A stretch of DNA of 64,000 nt from a plasmid. The position numbers and the translations under genes are program-made. The notes below the pieces were generated by a model. The model had not been told where the DNA came from, ran no database searches, and was given only the letters and a program-made list of their open reading frames with translations. Of this stretch, positions 21,441-31,767 are shown piece after piece. The stretch lies in the sequence record NZ_CP069608.1; one strand, written 5' to 3'. Within the stretch, counting starts at the first letter, position 1, and every line of letters starts with the position of its first letter.

Positions 21441-22699
21441 ACATGTTCACCTTCTTCTAATGCTGCGTAAGCAGCGAGAGGACGTTTCTCTACTTTAGGG
21501 GATGGGTCTTGTGATTGAGAAACATCGGTCGCCAAACCTTCAATGTGTTTCTCTTTCTGACCCATCTCTGTCTTCTGTAAACCTTGATAATGTTCCATCC
21601 GGATATGTGTCGTTGCGTTTCCAGTAAGAATAGGATGTTTTGCTATACATTCATGTTCATCGTATATTTCTATATGATGATTTAATGTTTCCTTTACTTT
21701 AACGGTCTGTCCAACATAACGATAAGGAACGGAGTATTGTTTTCCCCCGTATGATATAAAACAATCTCGACTAACCTCTCTATGCTCCCAATGGGAAGTA
21801 GGAAATAAAGGTTTTTCCCCCCAGGCCTTCAGGAACTTCTGTTCCTGCTCAAACCTCTTAAAGGGTGCTTCATTTGTTGTCTGATTTTCCTTTTTATTAG
21901 CCACCTGATTTAACCATTCTTTTATATCCTCGTTTAACGCATTCAGTGTTGGTTCATGTTTTCTTTGAAAAAAGTTATCTTTTAAATACTTTACCGTTCT
22001 TTCTACTTTCCCTTTTGTTTGAGGCCTCCTTGGACGGCAGGCCTTTGGCACAATTCCATAGTAAGCCAAGAAATCTTCGAATTTCCGATTAAAACGAACT
22101 TCCACTGGGCTGTGCTTGATCACCACTGTTTTCATGTTATCGTAAAGGATTTGGTCTGGTATCCCATTAAAATAAGAGAAAGCATTCATATGGCATTTCA
22201 TTAAAGTTTCTAGGTTCATATTCGTTGTGAATTCTACATATTTCATCCGGGAATAACCCAAAATCATGATAAATCCATATACATCTTGCAGCACATCATT
22301 TACTAAGTACTTCCCGACATACGCCCAGTCCATTTGAGCTTGCTTTCCAGGTGGCGTTTCAAACCGTAAGGTTGCCTGTTTCTTTGGTTGTTGGCGAAGA
22401 GGACGAACAAAATCTCTTAAGATTGTGAGCTGACCTTCATAACCCATTGCTTGTATTTCTTCTAATAAGACTACGCAATTAGTGGTACCCTCTTTAAGCC
22501 GTCCAAGTATGTACGGTTTGTAAGGGGTTAATTTGCTTTCTTTTTTCTGTTTACTTCCTTTACGCTTAGGTAACTGGTTATCTTTTAGGTATTTACTGAC
22601 TGTTTTGCGATCGAAACCCGTTGCTTCTGCAATAGCTGTTTTCGTCCAACCTTTTTGAAACAATTCTCTAATCATAAAAAACTCCCCAATCTTCAGCAC
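21437..22699 (-). CDS. istA: IS21-family IstA transposase
   Basis: HTH plus integrase core, 420 aa. Distinct in sequence from the other two IstA copies. Confidence 0.9.
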   Translation of the reverse strand: MLKIGEFFMIRELFQKGWTKTAIAEATGFDRKTVSKYLKDNQLPKRKGSKQKKESKLTPYKPYILGRLKEGTTNCVVLLEEIQAMGYEGQLTILRDFVRPLRQQPKKQATLRFETPPGKQAQMDWAYVGKYLVNDVLQDVYGFIMILGYSRMKYVEFTTNMNLETLMKCHMNAFSYFNGIPDQILYDNMKTVVIKHSPVEVRFNRKFEDFLAYYGIVPKACRPRRPQTKGKVERTVKYLKDNFFQRKHEPTLNALNEDIKEWLNQVANKKENQTTNEAPFKRFEQEQKFLKAWGEKPLFPTSHWEHREVSRDCFISYGGKQYSVPYRYVGQTVKVKETLNHHIEIYDEHECIAKHPILTGNATTHIRMEHYQGLQKTEMGQKEKHIEGLATDVSQSQDPSPKVEKRPLAAYAALEEGEHV

Positions 22700-22750
22700 C
22701 GTTTCTCCACTCCATCCATGATGTTGTCTTGAAACGATTATCTGTTATTA

Positions 22751-22933
22751 TTGGGGAATTTGGAATCGCTGTTATTGAGTATTTTACAGTCGCTGATTAC
22801 AGCTTTAATGTTACAGAAAGAATTAAATGAAATACAAGATGAAAATCAAAAACTACAATTAGAGAAGAAAATTAAACAGTTGGAAAAACAAATAGAACTG
22901 GTACAAAAGAACATAAAAAATGTGCCTTTTTAA
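22751..22933 (+). pseudogene. 3' coiled-coil fragment of the gene disrupted by IS21 #2
   Basis: The ORF begins inside the IS right end (TTG). The downstream portion QKELNEIQDENQKLQLEKKIKQLEKQIELVQKNIK is heptad-like. Same strand as the 20514 fragment. Confidence 0.3.
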
Positions 22934-23433
22934 TATTAAATTTAATTTTTAATTTTAAGAGTGTATTAATTCTCTTTTTATAAAAGGGGGTCGATGTATA
23001 AAGAAAAATCCGTTTACTTAATTCCCTTAATATATAGAAGTAACTCGTCAAAAAATAAGCCTGTACCTTAAATAAGAGGATATAAACTTACTTTTAATAA
23101 AAGTGAAGCATATTGTAAAACATTAAATGTTTTACAATTTTAAACACACACAAATTTCAAATCAATACAGTTGAGTTTTCTTGAATAAATTCCCTTTTTA
23201 TGAAATTCAAGGCCACATAAAAACATATATACATTCCTCTGAGCAACACTAATCATCATTATAAAAAGCAAAGAAGCTTAAGCCCAATAAATATAAAGTG
23301 TGAAATTATGTTTTTCTGAAAGAATCGAAAGAATAAATTAGTAAATCTTTTGGTTGAAATGGGTGGTCATATGCTAATCATTAAATACCTTGAATATGGG
23401 CATACTACACTTATTCCCATTAGGAGGTGCGTC

Positions 23434-23613
23434 ATGAAGAAACAGTTCAAAGATTCTCAACCTGCATTAGGAGATGACAGATTCAATACAGCTGGATATA
23501 ATTCGACTGAAGCAAATGTGAATGACCCTTACAAGGAAAATGTCTTTCAAGCCAAGGATGAAATTCCTACACCTGTAAGTAACAAGCATTCTTCTGAAAC
23601 TTCAAAACCATAA
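23434..23613 (+). CDS. Small hydrophilic protein (59 aa), function unknown
   Basis: Start refined to ATG after a TAGGAGG RBS. Polar, low-complexity sequence. Followed by a long perfect hairpin. Confidence 0.4.
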   Translation: MKKQFKDSQPALGDDRFNTAGYNSTEANVNDPYKENVFQAKDEIPTPVSNKHSSETSKP

Positions 23614-23632
23614 GCCCTTTACAGAAAATATA

Positions 23633-23680
23633 GTTACTTCAATAAATCCTATTATTAAAAATAGGATTTATTGAAGTAAC
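23633..23680. repeat. Perfect 21-bp stem hairpin (GTTACTTCAATAAATCCTATT / 6-nt loop)
   Basis: Seen directly. Lies directly 3' of the small ORF. The AT-rich stem with a weak T-run makes it an atypical terminator. Confidence 0.6.
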
Positions 23681-23824
23681 AGATATATATTTCTAAAAAA
23701 TTGGGAACAGGATTATTAATTACTCTTATTACTCTTTATAGTGGTATTTCTTATAAATGAAAGATGCTCATGTATTCATAATATAGAGCGAGGCACCTAA
23801 CATATTCAAAGAGGCGATATTTTT

Positions 23825-24736
23825 ATGTTAACAAAGAAATTTTCTTTTTTATTTTCCTTAGGAACTACGATTTTAACTTTCTTAACGTTACTTTTAGAGA
23901 ACATTAAATTATCTACAAATTCAACGATAGCTTGTAAGAACACTTGGTTAAAGTGTAATGGTTATTGGTTTCCTGATTCCTTTAATTATCATACAATGGT
24001 TGAATATTCTTACCGACTATTTACTATTTTGTTAGGGGCTACAATCCTAGTCAATTTCATTGTTACTTTTAGAAATAATTACAGAAAAAAAACGATTCTT
24101 ATAATATTAGGATTATTGAGCTTGTTTCTGTTTTTGTTTCAATTAGTAATAGGAATATTAAATGTTCAATTAGAAAATCGTCTTACGCTTACAACGCTTG
24201 AGATGGCGTTTAGTTTATCTTTGCTAGTCTGTTTAATTTTTTTAACGATAAAACTATACAGTAATACAGTGAAAAAAAGTCATGATGATAATCCCATCTC
24301 GGGTCAAATAAACCTTCCTGCAATTGAATTATTTATATGTTTATACCTTAACATTATCTTAGGCGTGTTTTTTAAACAGGTACATCTCAATAAAGAAAAT
24401 TTTAGAGGATATGAATTAGAGCTTATATTTGAAAAACCTCTGGTTCCAGACTTATTACACTTTATTCATAGTATAATTGCAATTGTAATTTTACTAGGAG
24501 GCATCTATCTTTTTGCTTTCCTTAGGCACACTAATCTTCGAATTATGTCAATGTTATTATTAGTTTTTATTGTGTTTGGTTCATTGTTAAGTTTTATTTC
24601 GTACATAAACGAATTAAATTCATTTTTTGAATCTGTCCATACAATAGTTTCAACTATTTCATTAAGTTTATTAAGTATTATAGTCGCCTATTTGATATTT
24701 ATTAATAACCCCAAAATAAATATTGACGATTATTAA
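23825..24736 (+). CDS. Divergent heme A synthase-like (CtaA/COX15 family) polytopic membrane protein
   Basis: About 8 TMs. The first extracytoplasmic loop, C-x3-W-x2-C-x-G-x2-FP…E(Y/W)SHR, matches the B. subtilis CtaA GCGRQWPLCHGRFFP…EWSHR region. His residues sit in the later helices (HFIHS). It lacks the second Cys pair. Confidence 0.5.
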   Translation: MLTKKFSFLFSLGTTILTFLTLLLENIKLSTNSTIACKNTWLKCNGYWFPDSFNYHTMVEYSYRLFTILLGATILVNFIVTFRNNYRKKTILIILGLLSLFLFLFQLVIGILNVQLENRLTLTTLEMAFSLSLLVCLIFLTIKLYSNTVKKSHDDNPISGQINLPAIELFICLYLNIILGVFFKQVHLNKENFRGYELELIFEKPLVPDLLHFIHSIIAIVILLGGIYLFAFLRHTNLRIMSMLLLVFIVFGSLLSFISYINELNSFFESVHTIVSTISLSLLSIIVAYLIFINNPKINIDDY

Positions 24737-24837
24737 ATTATATTTTCTTTTAGATATATTATAAAAAATTGATAATATATCGATAAAATGCTAAAAGAGT
24801 TTATTGATGTTTTGTTACAATTTTAGTTATTTGTAAA

Positions 24838-24882
24838 AGTGAATTTCACCTTATTATTTACATAGATGAGGTGAAATTCACT
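24838..24882. repeat. 14-bp perfect inverted repeat AGTGAATTTCACCT…AGGTGAAATTCACT between convergent genes
   Basis: Each arm is itself a near-palindrome (GTGAAWTTCAC). Either a bidirectional terminator hairpin or a dimeric regulator site. Confidence 0.5.
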
Positions 24883-25032
24883 ATAATTTTAGGATAATTC
24901 TAACAAAAATTATTTAATACTTTTGCAAACTCATTTACTCAATTATTAATGCAATACTTGATTCTCTATAGAGTAAAAAAAGAATACAATGTTCTTTTTA
25001 GAACACTGTATTCTTTTTCTTTATTCTATAGT

Positions 25033-26088
25033 TTAATTAAAGAGCTGGTTAAATCTATTAGCATCGAGTTCTTTAATTAGTTCTGTTAACAATTTTGCAC
25101 TGTTTTCTAAATCTTTTTTGCTTACCATTGATACATGACTGTGAATATAACGAGCTGCAACTCCTATCACTATAGTAGGTACGCCTTTTTTAAATAAATG
25201 AAATCTCCCTGCATCTGTTCCGCCACCAAGCATTATATCTACCTGATATGGTATACTATTTTTTTCTGCAATTTCTATAACTAAATCTCTCAAAGATGTA
25301 TGTGGAATCAGTGAGGAATCAAGAAATGTAATTAATGGGCCACTTCCTAACTTTGCTTTATTTGAATTATCACTTGGTCCATCCTGTGCTATTCCCACAT
25401 CTACTGCAATAGAAAGATCTGGCTCCATTATATAAGGTGCAGTAGTAGCTCCTCTTAGACCAACTTCTTCTTGAACTGTAGCACCACAATAAACGGTATT
25501 TGAATGATTTACTTCACTGATCTGTTTAAGCACCTCAAGAGCTAAATAGCAACCAGCCCGATTATCAAGTGCTTTAGCAAGAATAGTGTCATTGTCAGGA
25601 AGTAATTCAAATGGACAAATAGGAATAATAGGATCACCCACTTTAATGCCCCATTGTTTTACCTGATCTTTGTCATTTGCTCCAATATCAATAAACATTT
25701 CTCTCATAGGATAGACTTTTTTAAGTTCCTCAGCCTGTAAAATATGTGGAGGTTTAGATCCAATTACTCCAGTAAATGTTTTATCTTTTGTTATTACCTT
25801 TACTCTCTGTGCTAGCAAGACTTGATCCCACCAACCGCCAAGAGGAACAAACCGAAGATAACCGTCTTTTGTAATTTCACTTACCATAAAGGCTACTTCG
25901 TCCATATGACCTGCAAGCAGAATTTTAGGACCGTTTTCAGATCCACATTTCTCTCCAAATATACTTCCAAGACGATCATATACAGTTTTTGTACCTGTTT
26001 TTTCGATTTCGCGTTTCATTATCTCTCTAATCGGTTTTTCAAAACCAGGTGCACCATTTGCTTCGGTTAATTCTTTCAATAAATCCAT
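25033..26088 (-). CDS. M42-family aminopeptidase (YsdC/FrvX-like)
   Basis: GAPGFE and GHMDEV metal-binding motifs. 351 aa, typical of M42 glutamyl aminopeptidases. Confidence 0.85.
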   Translation of the reverse strand: MDLLKELTEANGAPGFEKPIREIMKREIEKTGTKTVYDRLGSIFGEKCGSENGPKILLAGHMDEVAFMVSEITKDGYLRFVPLGGWWDQVLLAQRVKVITKDKTFTGVIGSKPPHILQAEELKKVYPMREMFIDIGANDKDQVKQWGIKVGDPIIPICPFELLPDNDTILAKALDNRAGCYLALEVLKQISEVNHSNTVYCGATVQEEVGLRGATTAPYIMEPDLSIAVDVGIAQDGPSDNSNKAKLGSGPLITFLDSSLIPHTSLRDLVIEIAEKNSIPYQVDIMLGGGTDAGRFHLFKKGVPTIVIGVAARYIHSHVSMVSKKDLENSAKLLTELIKELDANRFNQLFN

Positions 26089-26914
26089 TTAGCTCACCAT
26101 CCTCTACTACTTAGAATGGTGAATTAGAGAGATATTATTCTACTTTTAAAAAATTATAATTTACTGTTAATGCTAAAATTCTTTGACGGATACGAAACTA
26201 TATATACTAAATGTGATTACTTCTCTATATCTCCATGAGCATGATATTATTGATGGGAAACAATGATTACTTTAAGCAGGTGTATAAATGTTCTCATACA
26301 TATATGATTGTTAATTTTTTAATGTTTTTATAATTTGGATATTTAATAAAACACTAAAAGATAATATGAATTAGAAAAACCATTAATAATCCTGATTTCA
26401 ATCCTATACTTATTTATCTTGCTACTTATTAACCTATATTCAGTGATTTTAGACGAAGATTTAACCAAGCATAGAATAGATCCAATTTACAATTTCATTA
26501 TTAATACATAGGAAAGGGATTTTCTATATACGGACATTCATAAATTTATTAAGGAAATCATTTTATCATTTCCTATAAGGGCGTTATTTTAGATAATTTT
26601 TTCAAAATTGAATAATTCCCAAAAAATATTTTAACTGGATTTATTTTTAAATTGAAATATCTTTGTCTACAATTGCTTTTGTTATTAATCCCAATTGGAA
26701 AATGTTGTATTTAAGCTATTTGTTTTTAAACACTGTAGGAAGTGGGAGAGGTTATTTATTACAAAATCAACTTTAAAAAATTTATTTGGTTTTTATACAT
26801 AACCTAAAATATAGATATAGACTCAAGTTTTTTCTATAGAAGGAATGCAACTAGAGTAAGTAATTAATATTTATGGTATATTATTTCAATTAATTATAGG
26901 AGGTACTAAATGGT

Positions 26915-27163
26915 ATGACTTTGATTAATTTATTATTTAGTATTATAGGTTTACAAGTACTTGGCCTAGGACTTGATATTGTGGGTATTTGTTTTATTAC
27001 ATGGGACATTGCTTTTCCTTTTACAGATACTGAGAAGTTAAAGAATTTAAAAGGAAATGCAATTAATCCGTTAAAAACTAAAAAGAAAACGATAATAGGC
27101 TTAGGGCTCATGATTTGGGGATTCATATTTCAAATGTTAGCATTATTTGTTGATAGATTTTAA
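26915..27163 (+). CDS. Small hypothetical membrane protein (82 aa)
   Basis: AGGAGG RBS. Two hydrophobic helices. Confidence 0.3.
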   Translation: MTLINLLFSIIGLQVLGLGLDIVGICFITWDIAFPFTDTEKLKNLKGNAINPLKTKKKTIIGLGLMIWGFIFQMLALFVDRF

Positions 27164-27471
27164 AGTAATCTATTTTCATTAAAACTAATTTAAATTTTAA
27201 TAATATGTATTACTTTTCCAGCTATAATTTATAAAAAAATATAATTATATACCCTATCCATAACATCAATAAGAAAATAAATTGTTTTTCTATATAAAGA
27301 ATTACAGTCCATAATAGCAATAATAGAGAAATTACTAGTGAATTCATCTTCATTTTCATAACTCCCTTCTAATGAACCTCTTTTCTATAAAATCAAAAAC
27401 AAAAGAAGTATATGTTATACTTCTTTTGTGGATAACATTTCCTATTTATTCATTTTAATTATATATTGCCC

Positions 27472-27996
27472 TTATGGAACAATAAGTTCTAAACTCTGTT
27501 TAATATCTTTCTTAGTCATACCGCCTATGAAAATCTTTTTTACTTTACCGTTTTTATCTATTAGGTATGTAGCAGGGAGAGGATCTACTCCATAGGCATC
27601 TACCACTTCACTCTGTTTATCAATTATAACAGGAAATTTTAAATTATATCTTTCGATGAAAGTTTTGACTGCTATATTTGTCTCACCAACATCTACAGCA
27701 AGAATCTCTACTCCCTTTTTCTTATACTCTGGATACAACGTATTCATAAAGGGCATTTCTTTTTCACAAGGTTTGCACCAGGTTCCCCAGAAGTTTACAA
27801 AAACCCCCTTACCTCTATAATCTGAAAGTTGATGCCTTTTCCCCTGTAAATCTATCAAAGCAAAATCAGGTGCAACTGAACCTACTTTTACTTTTTCTTT
27901 ATTAATAAAAAAGTTTAGATAAAACGTATATCCTAGAGCTCCAAATAATACAAGTAAAATAGCAATTCTTATAACTAAACGCCTCTTCTTATCCAT
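27472..27996 (-). CDS. Membrane-anchored thiol-disulfide oxidoreductase, ResA paralog (TlpA/thioredoxin family)
   Basis: Near-colinear with B. subtilis ResA. N-terminal TM. Active site WGTWCKPCEKEMP (ResA has WCEPCKKEFP). It is not in a resABCDE context. Confidence 0.85.
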   Translation of the reverse strand: MDKKRRLVIRIAILLVLFGALGYTFYLNFFINKEKVKVGSVAPDFALIDLQGKRHQLSDYRGKGVFVNFWGTWCKPCEKEMPFMNTLYPEYKKKGVEILAVDVGETNIAVKTFIERYNLKFPVIIDKQSEVVDAYGVDPLPATYLIDKNGKVKKIFIGGMTKKDIKQSLELIVP

Positions 27997-28573
27997 ATCT
28001 TACCCTCTCCTCTTGAATAATTCTTTCGAACTTCTTTTATCAAGATTAAACCACTATGATAGAATCAAAGTTTACTGAAGGACATCACTATACTTCCTTT
28101 TAAAAATTCACAATCATTTACAAGGAAGGTTTATCAAAATGAAAAATGTTACTAACAAAAGATGAGTTACCTACCGTTATTTTATCATCAATTACATTCC
28201 TAAAAATCCCCTTTTTAAATTACGAAAGAAATTAATAACACTATCTCTCTTGAAAATGAACATTTTGTTGCAGTCAATAAATAAAGGGAACTAACCGTTA
28301 ATATTTTTAAAAAATAAGATAGAATAGTTTAATAAAATAAATTGTATTAATTGTATATTAATCTGCCGACCATGAGGTAGTTTTCACTCTGCTACCTTAT
28401 AATTCCCTATGTTATCTGCAATCATCTATAGTCAATTACCACTAATAGATTTTGTATTTTTAGGAAGACATTACAAATTCATTCAGTAAGTTCAAAATAT
28501 GTTCAAAATTAATTAATTGTTTTCAAACGATAACATGTTACGATCAGATAAATACAAGAAACGAGGCTCAGAT

Positions 28574-29215
28574 ATGTTGGAAATTATCTCCGCCGGTATT
28601 GCTCCCGGTCTCGCACTTATGAGCTACTTTTATTTAAAAGATGAGTACGATACAGAACCAATTTTATTGGTATTAAAAATTTTTATTTTTGGTGCCTTGT
28701 TAGTACTTCCAATTATGTTTATTCAGCATACTTTGACAGAAGAGAATATATGGACATCTCCATTTAAACAAACCTTTTTGTTAGCTGGTTTATTAGAAGA
28801 GTTTTTCAAATGGTTCATTTTATTTTTCACAGTTTATAAACATGTAGAATTTGATGAACATTATGATGGAATTGTATACGGAGTAGCAATTTCACTAGGC
28901 TTTGCAACCCTAGAGAATATTTTTTATTTGTTAGCAAACGGGCTTCACACAGCCATCGGCAGAGCTATACTTCCCGTATCAAGCAATGCATTATTTGGAG
29001 TTATTATGGGCTATTATTTGGGGAAAGGAAAGTTTTCAAGGAGAAAAGAAAGAAGAAAGTGGATTTTATATTCATTGTTAATTCCTTTTTTTTTACATGG
29101 GACGTATGATTATATTTTAAAAAATATTAGCAACTGGATGATTTTAATGGTTCCATTTATGATGTATTTGTGGTGGTTTGGCTTACGAAAAGTTAAAATG
29201 GTGAAACACCAGTAA
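28574..29215 (+). CDS. prsW: PrsW-family intramembrane protease (anti-sigma-W site-1 protease homolog)
   Basis: Start refined to [21 protein letters not shown], which aligns with the B. subtilis PrsW N-terminus. EEFFKW and HGTYDY catalytic motifs present. Confidence 0.85.
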   Translation: MLEIISAGIAPGLALMSYFYLKDEYDTEPILLVLKIFIFGALLVLPIMFIQHTLTEENIWTSPFKQTFLLAGLLEEFFKWFILFFTVYKHVEFDEHYDGIVYGVAISLGFATLENIFYLLANGLHTAIGRAILPVSSNALFGVIMGYYLGKGKFSRRKERRKWILYSLLIPFFLHGTYDYILKNISNWMILMVPFMMYLWWFGLRKVKMVKHQ

Positions 29216-29326
29216 TTAAATATTAATGATAGTTATACTGATAACAAGAAGAAATTTAGTTAAGAGATTTCGACAGAAACATATATATATTGAAATGATA
29301 TAGGTAATGAAAGGAGACGGATGTAA

Positions 29327-29512
29327 ATGGGTAACAAAAAAGGGAAAAGAGAGTTAGGAATAAAAACGAATTTGAATGAGGATAACTCGTTTAAAAATCA
29401 TAAATCGGTGGATTTATCCAAGTCAGGATTTTTGAAGGCTTCATTACCAATTATAGCACTTGGGGCAGTTGTCCTGTTTGCTACCTTAAAAAATCATGGC
29501 TTCTTGTCTTAA
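29327..29512 (+). CDS. Small hypothetical protein with C-terminal TM (61 aa)
   Basis: GGAGACGG RBS-like sequence. No homology. Confidence 0.25.
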   Translation: MGNKKGKRELGIKTNLNEDNSFKNHKSVDLSKSGFLKASLPIIALGAVVLFATLKNHGFLS

Positions 29513-30551
29513 AATCTTAATAGGTAAGATCCTATTCGTAAATATTGGAAAATCCTCTCTATTAATAGTTTCTGAAGTAGAGAAATATAACTAACAATTT
29601 AAAGAAGCAATTGTTACTTTCTCCTTATTGTTATTAATGTTTGAGATAGAGGAAATCTAAGTGAATATATTTTTGTTTATGGTTCGCATGTTCTATAGCC
29701 TGGTTAAGCAAATAAATAACATGCATATCATCATATGAATAATGGGAATTAACCCCTCGTCTTCTAAAATTGATAAGTTGTAAGGATTTTAAAAATCGTA
29801 ACTGGTGAGATACAGTAAATTGCATCAGAGGAAGCTCATGTGAAATTTCGTTAACTCTAGATAATAAGTGTAAAATCCAAATCTGTGTCGGATCAGATAA
29901 TGCTTTAAAAGTCTGAGAAACACTGTAAAGAGTTTTTTCATCTAGATCAAATTATAGAAATGATTCAACTTTATTTTCTTGTGTATCACTTATATATCTA
30001 CTCCTTTATTTAAAAAAATCTGACTATTGTTTAAAAGTTTAAAGAAATTAGTCTTGTTATAAACTGTTTATTTAGGACATAAAGCGTTTTCTATCTTTAG
30101 TTTAAATTACTCTCTTTGGAAACCAGTAGATTCTCTATCGCATAAATTCTTTTTTTAAAACTTACAACACTAAGGGAAAGCAACAATTCTTATATATCAT
30201 TATTATATAAAATTGAGTGAAATAAAAAAACCAAGGGTTTCTTAGAATAGCCCTTGGCTGTTTGCTAATCCCTATATTTTCTTATTATAAAAATTAATAG
30301 TATTTTGTGTAAAAAACACTATTATGAATCTGTCTATACTCAAATGAGTATTTATGAGTAGATTTTTTATCATAGTTGGCTTTTTTGATGTCTAATATCA
30401 GTTTTAGTTATCATGGTAAGCTTATAATAAAAAATATAACTTTAAATATTTATTTAGTTGCTATTTCTGCTATAGACTCAGTAAAAACCTTCGATAAGCT
30501 CCTCAACATTTTCTCCATTAACAGATATCTTGTTATAGCCAAAGAATCAAG

Positions 30552-30758
30552 TTATTCAATTTCATTATTTACTTTTAAGCGCTCTCCAAGTCCTTTCATG
30601 ACGATCTCAATAAATTCCTTTTCAGTTATATGGCAGAAAGAGTCAGCTGGCTCTAAGACGGCATCTGGACAAACTTTAATTTCCACCATGCCATTAGCTC
30701 CTCGTCTAATCTCTAACCATTTTTGATTGGCTAACTGAAAGGATAAATTTGCGCCCAT
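30552..30758 (-). CDS. Small hypothetical protein (68 aa)
   Basis: Start refined to MGANLS… after a GAGGAGGG RBS. No recognisable family. Confidence 0.35.
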   Translation of the reverse strand: MGANLSFQLANQKWLEIRRGANGMVEIKVCPDAVLEPADSFCHITEKEFIEIVMKGLGERLKVNNEIE

Positions 30759-31008
30759 TTGTCTCCCTCCTCTCATGTACGGTTAGTTATTAAAACATGG
30801 ATAAACTGGTTTTTAACACAATTAAATAGAAAAAGAGAATGGTAAATACCTTCTCTTTTGGATACAAAATCATTTATTGTATGATACTCCTCTTCATTCC
30901 GCATTCTCCATATCTTAATATTTTTGTATAAAAATTATGGTTTTATACATTTGATAAAGCAGTTTGTAGACGTCAAGTCGAATTTTACACTTTTTGCTTA
31001 TTTGCTTT

Positions 31009-31767
31009 TTACACTTCTGCTGAAAATACACTTTTTCGATGTTTCATTCGATAACTATCTCCATCCATATGAATGACTTCTACACGATGGAGTAAACGAT
31101 CTAAAATTGCAGTAGTAATTCCTTGATCTCCCATTAGTTCACCCCACTGTTCAGGGCTTTTATTGGATGTAAGAATGATAGAACTTCGTTCATACAAATG
31201 ATTAATTAAATGGAAAAACAAATTTGCTTCTCGCTGATCCATTGCCATGTACATTAAATCATCAATGATAATCAGATCGGCGCCTCTTAATCGCTTTAGC
31301 TGCACTTTTGATTTGTTTAGAAACTCTTCCGTTTTTAAAAGATGAATAAGCTCACCCATAGTTACGAAATAGACGTTGAAACCTCTGTGAATAGACTCAA
31401 CCCCCAAACCAATCGCTAAAAATGTTTTACCAACGCCTGGCGGTCCCAATAAAATTAAATTATACTGCTGCTCAAGCCAGTTTAGCTCTGCGAGCTGGGT
31501 CAATTGACGTCCCGTTAAAGCTGTTTGCTCTTCTAAATTAAATTCACTTAATGACTTCACGTAAGGGAAGTGCGCCCACTTCATTCTTCTTTCTAAACTC
31601 TTTACTTCGCGTTTTCTAAGTTCGTAACGCGTAATAGATTCAAGAAATTCTAAATACGTCCAAGAAGATTTTTCAGCCTCACGTAGGAGCTTTGGTAGCT
31701 CCTCAGCTGTTTCGGATAACCTTAATTGGCGAAAGTGTTCCTGCAAGTCATTTACAGTCTTATTCAC
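31009..31767 (-). CDS. istB: IS21-family IstB ATPase
   Basis: Walker A GPPGVGKTF and DDLMY motif. Confidence 0.9.
   Translation of the reverse strand: MNKTVNDLQEHFRQLRLSETAEELPKLLREAEKSSWTYLEFLESITRYELRKREVKSLERRMKWAHFPYVKSLSEFNLEEQTALTGRQLTQLAELNWLEQQYNLILLGPPGVGKTFLAIGLGVESIHRGFNVYFVTMGELIHLLKTEEFLNKSKVQLKRLRGADLIIIDDLMYMAMDQREANLFFHLINHLYERSSIILTSNKSPEQWGELMGDQGITTAILDRLLHRVEVIHMDGDSYRMKHRKSVFSAEV

Larger units (their letters stand above)
20620..22775 (-). mobile_element. IS21-family insertion sequence #2 (istA-istB); boundaries approximate
   Basis: Terminal inverted repeats CAGCGAAAACAAATTCCCCGTTATAAACGG (left) and CAGCGATTCCAAATTCCCCAATAATAACAG (reverse complement of the right end). 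Exact ends and target-site duplication not resolved. Confidence 0.8.

Noticed and set aside
30376-30726. 116-aa + ORF
   Set aside because: Overlaps the RBS-supported minus-strand small gene. Has no RBS and low-complexity sequence.
22751-30956. Composite transposon formed by IS21 #2 and IS21 #3
   Set aside because: The two bracketing IS21 copies are different elements (distinct IstA/IstB and distinct terminal repeats). The cargo is ordinary chromosomal genes (M42 peptidase, ResA-like, PrsW).
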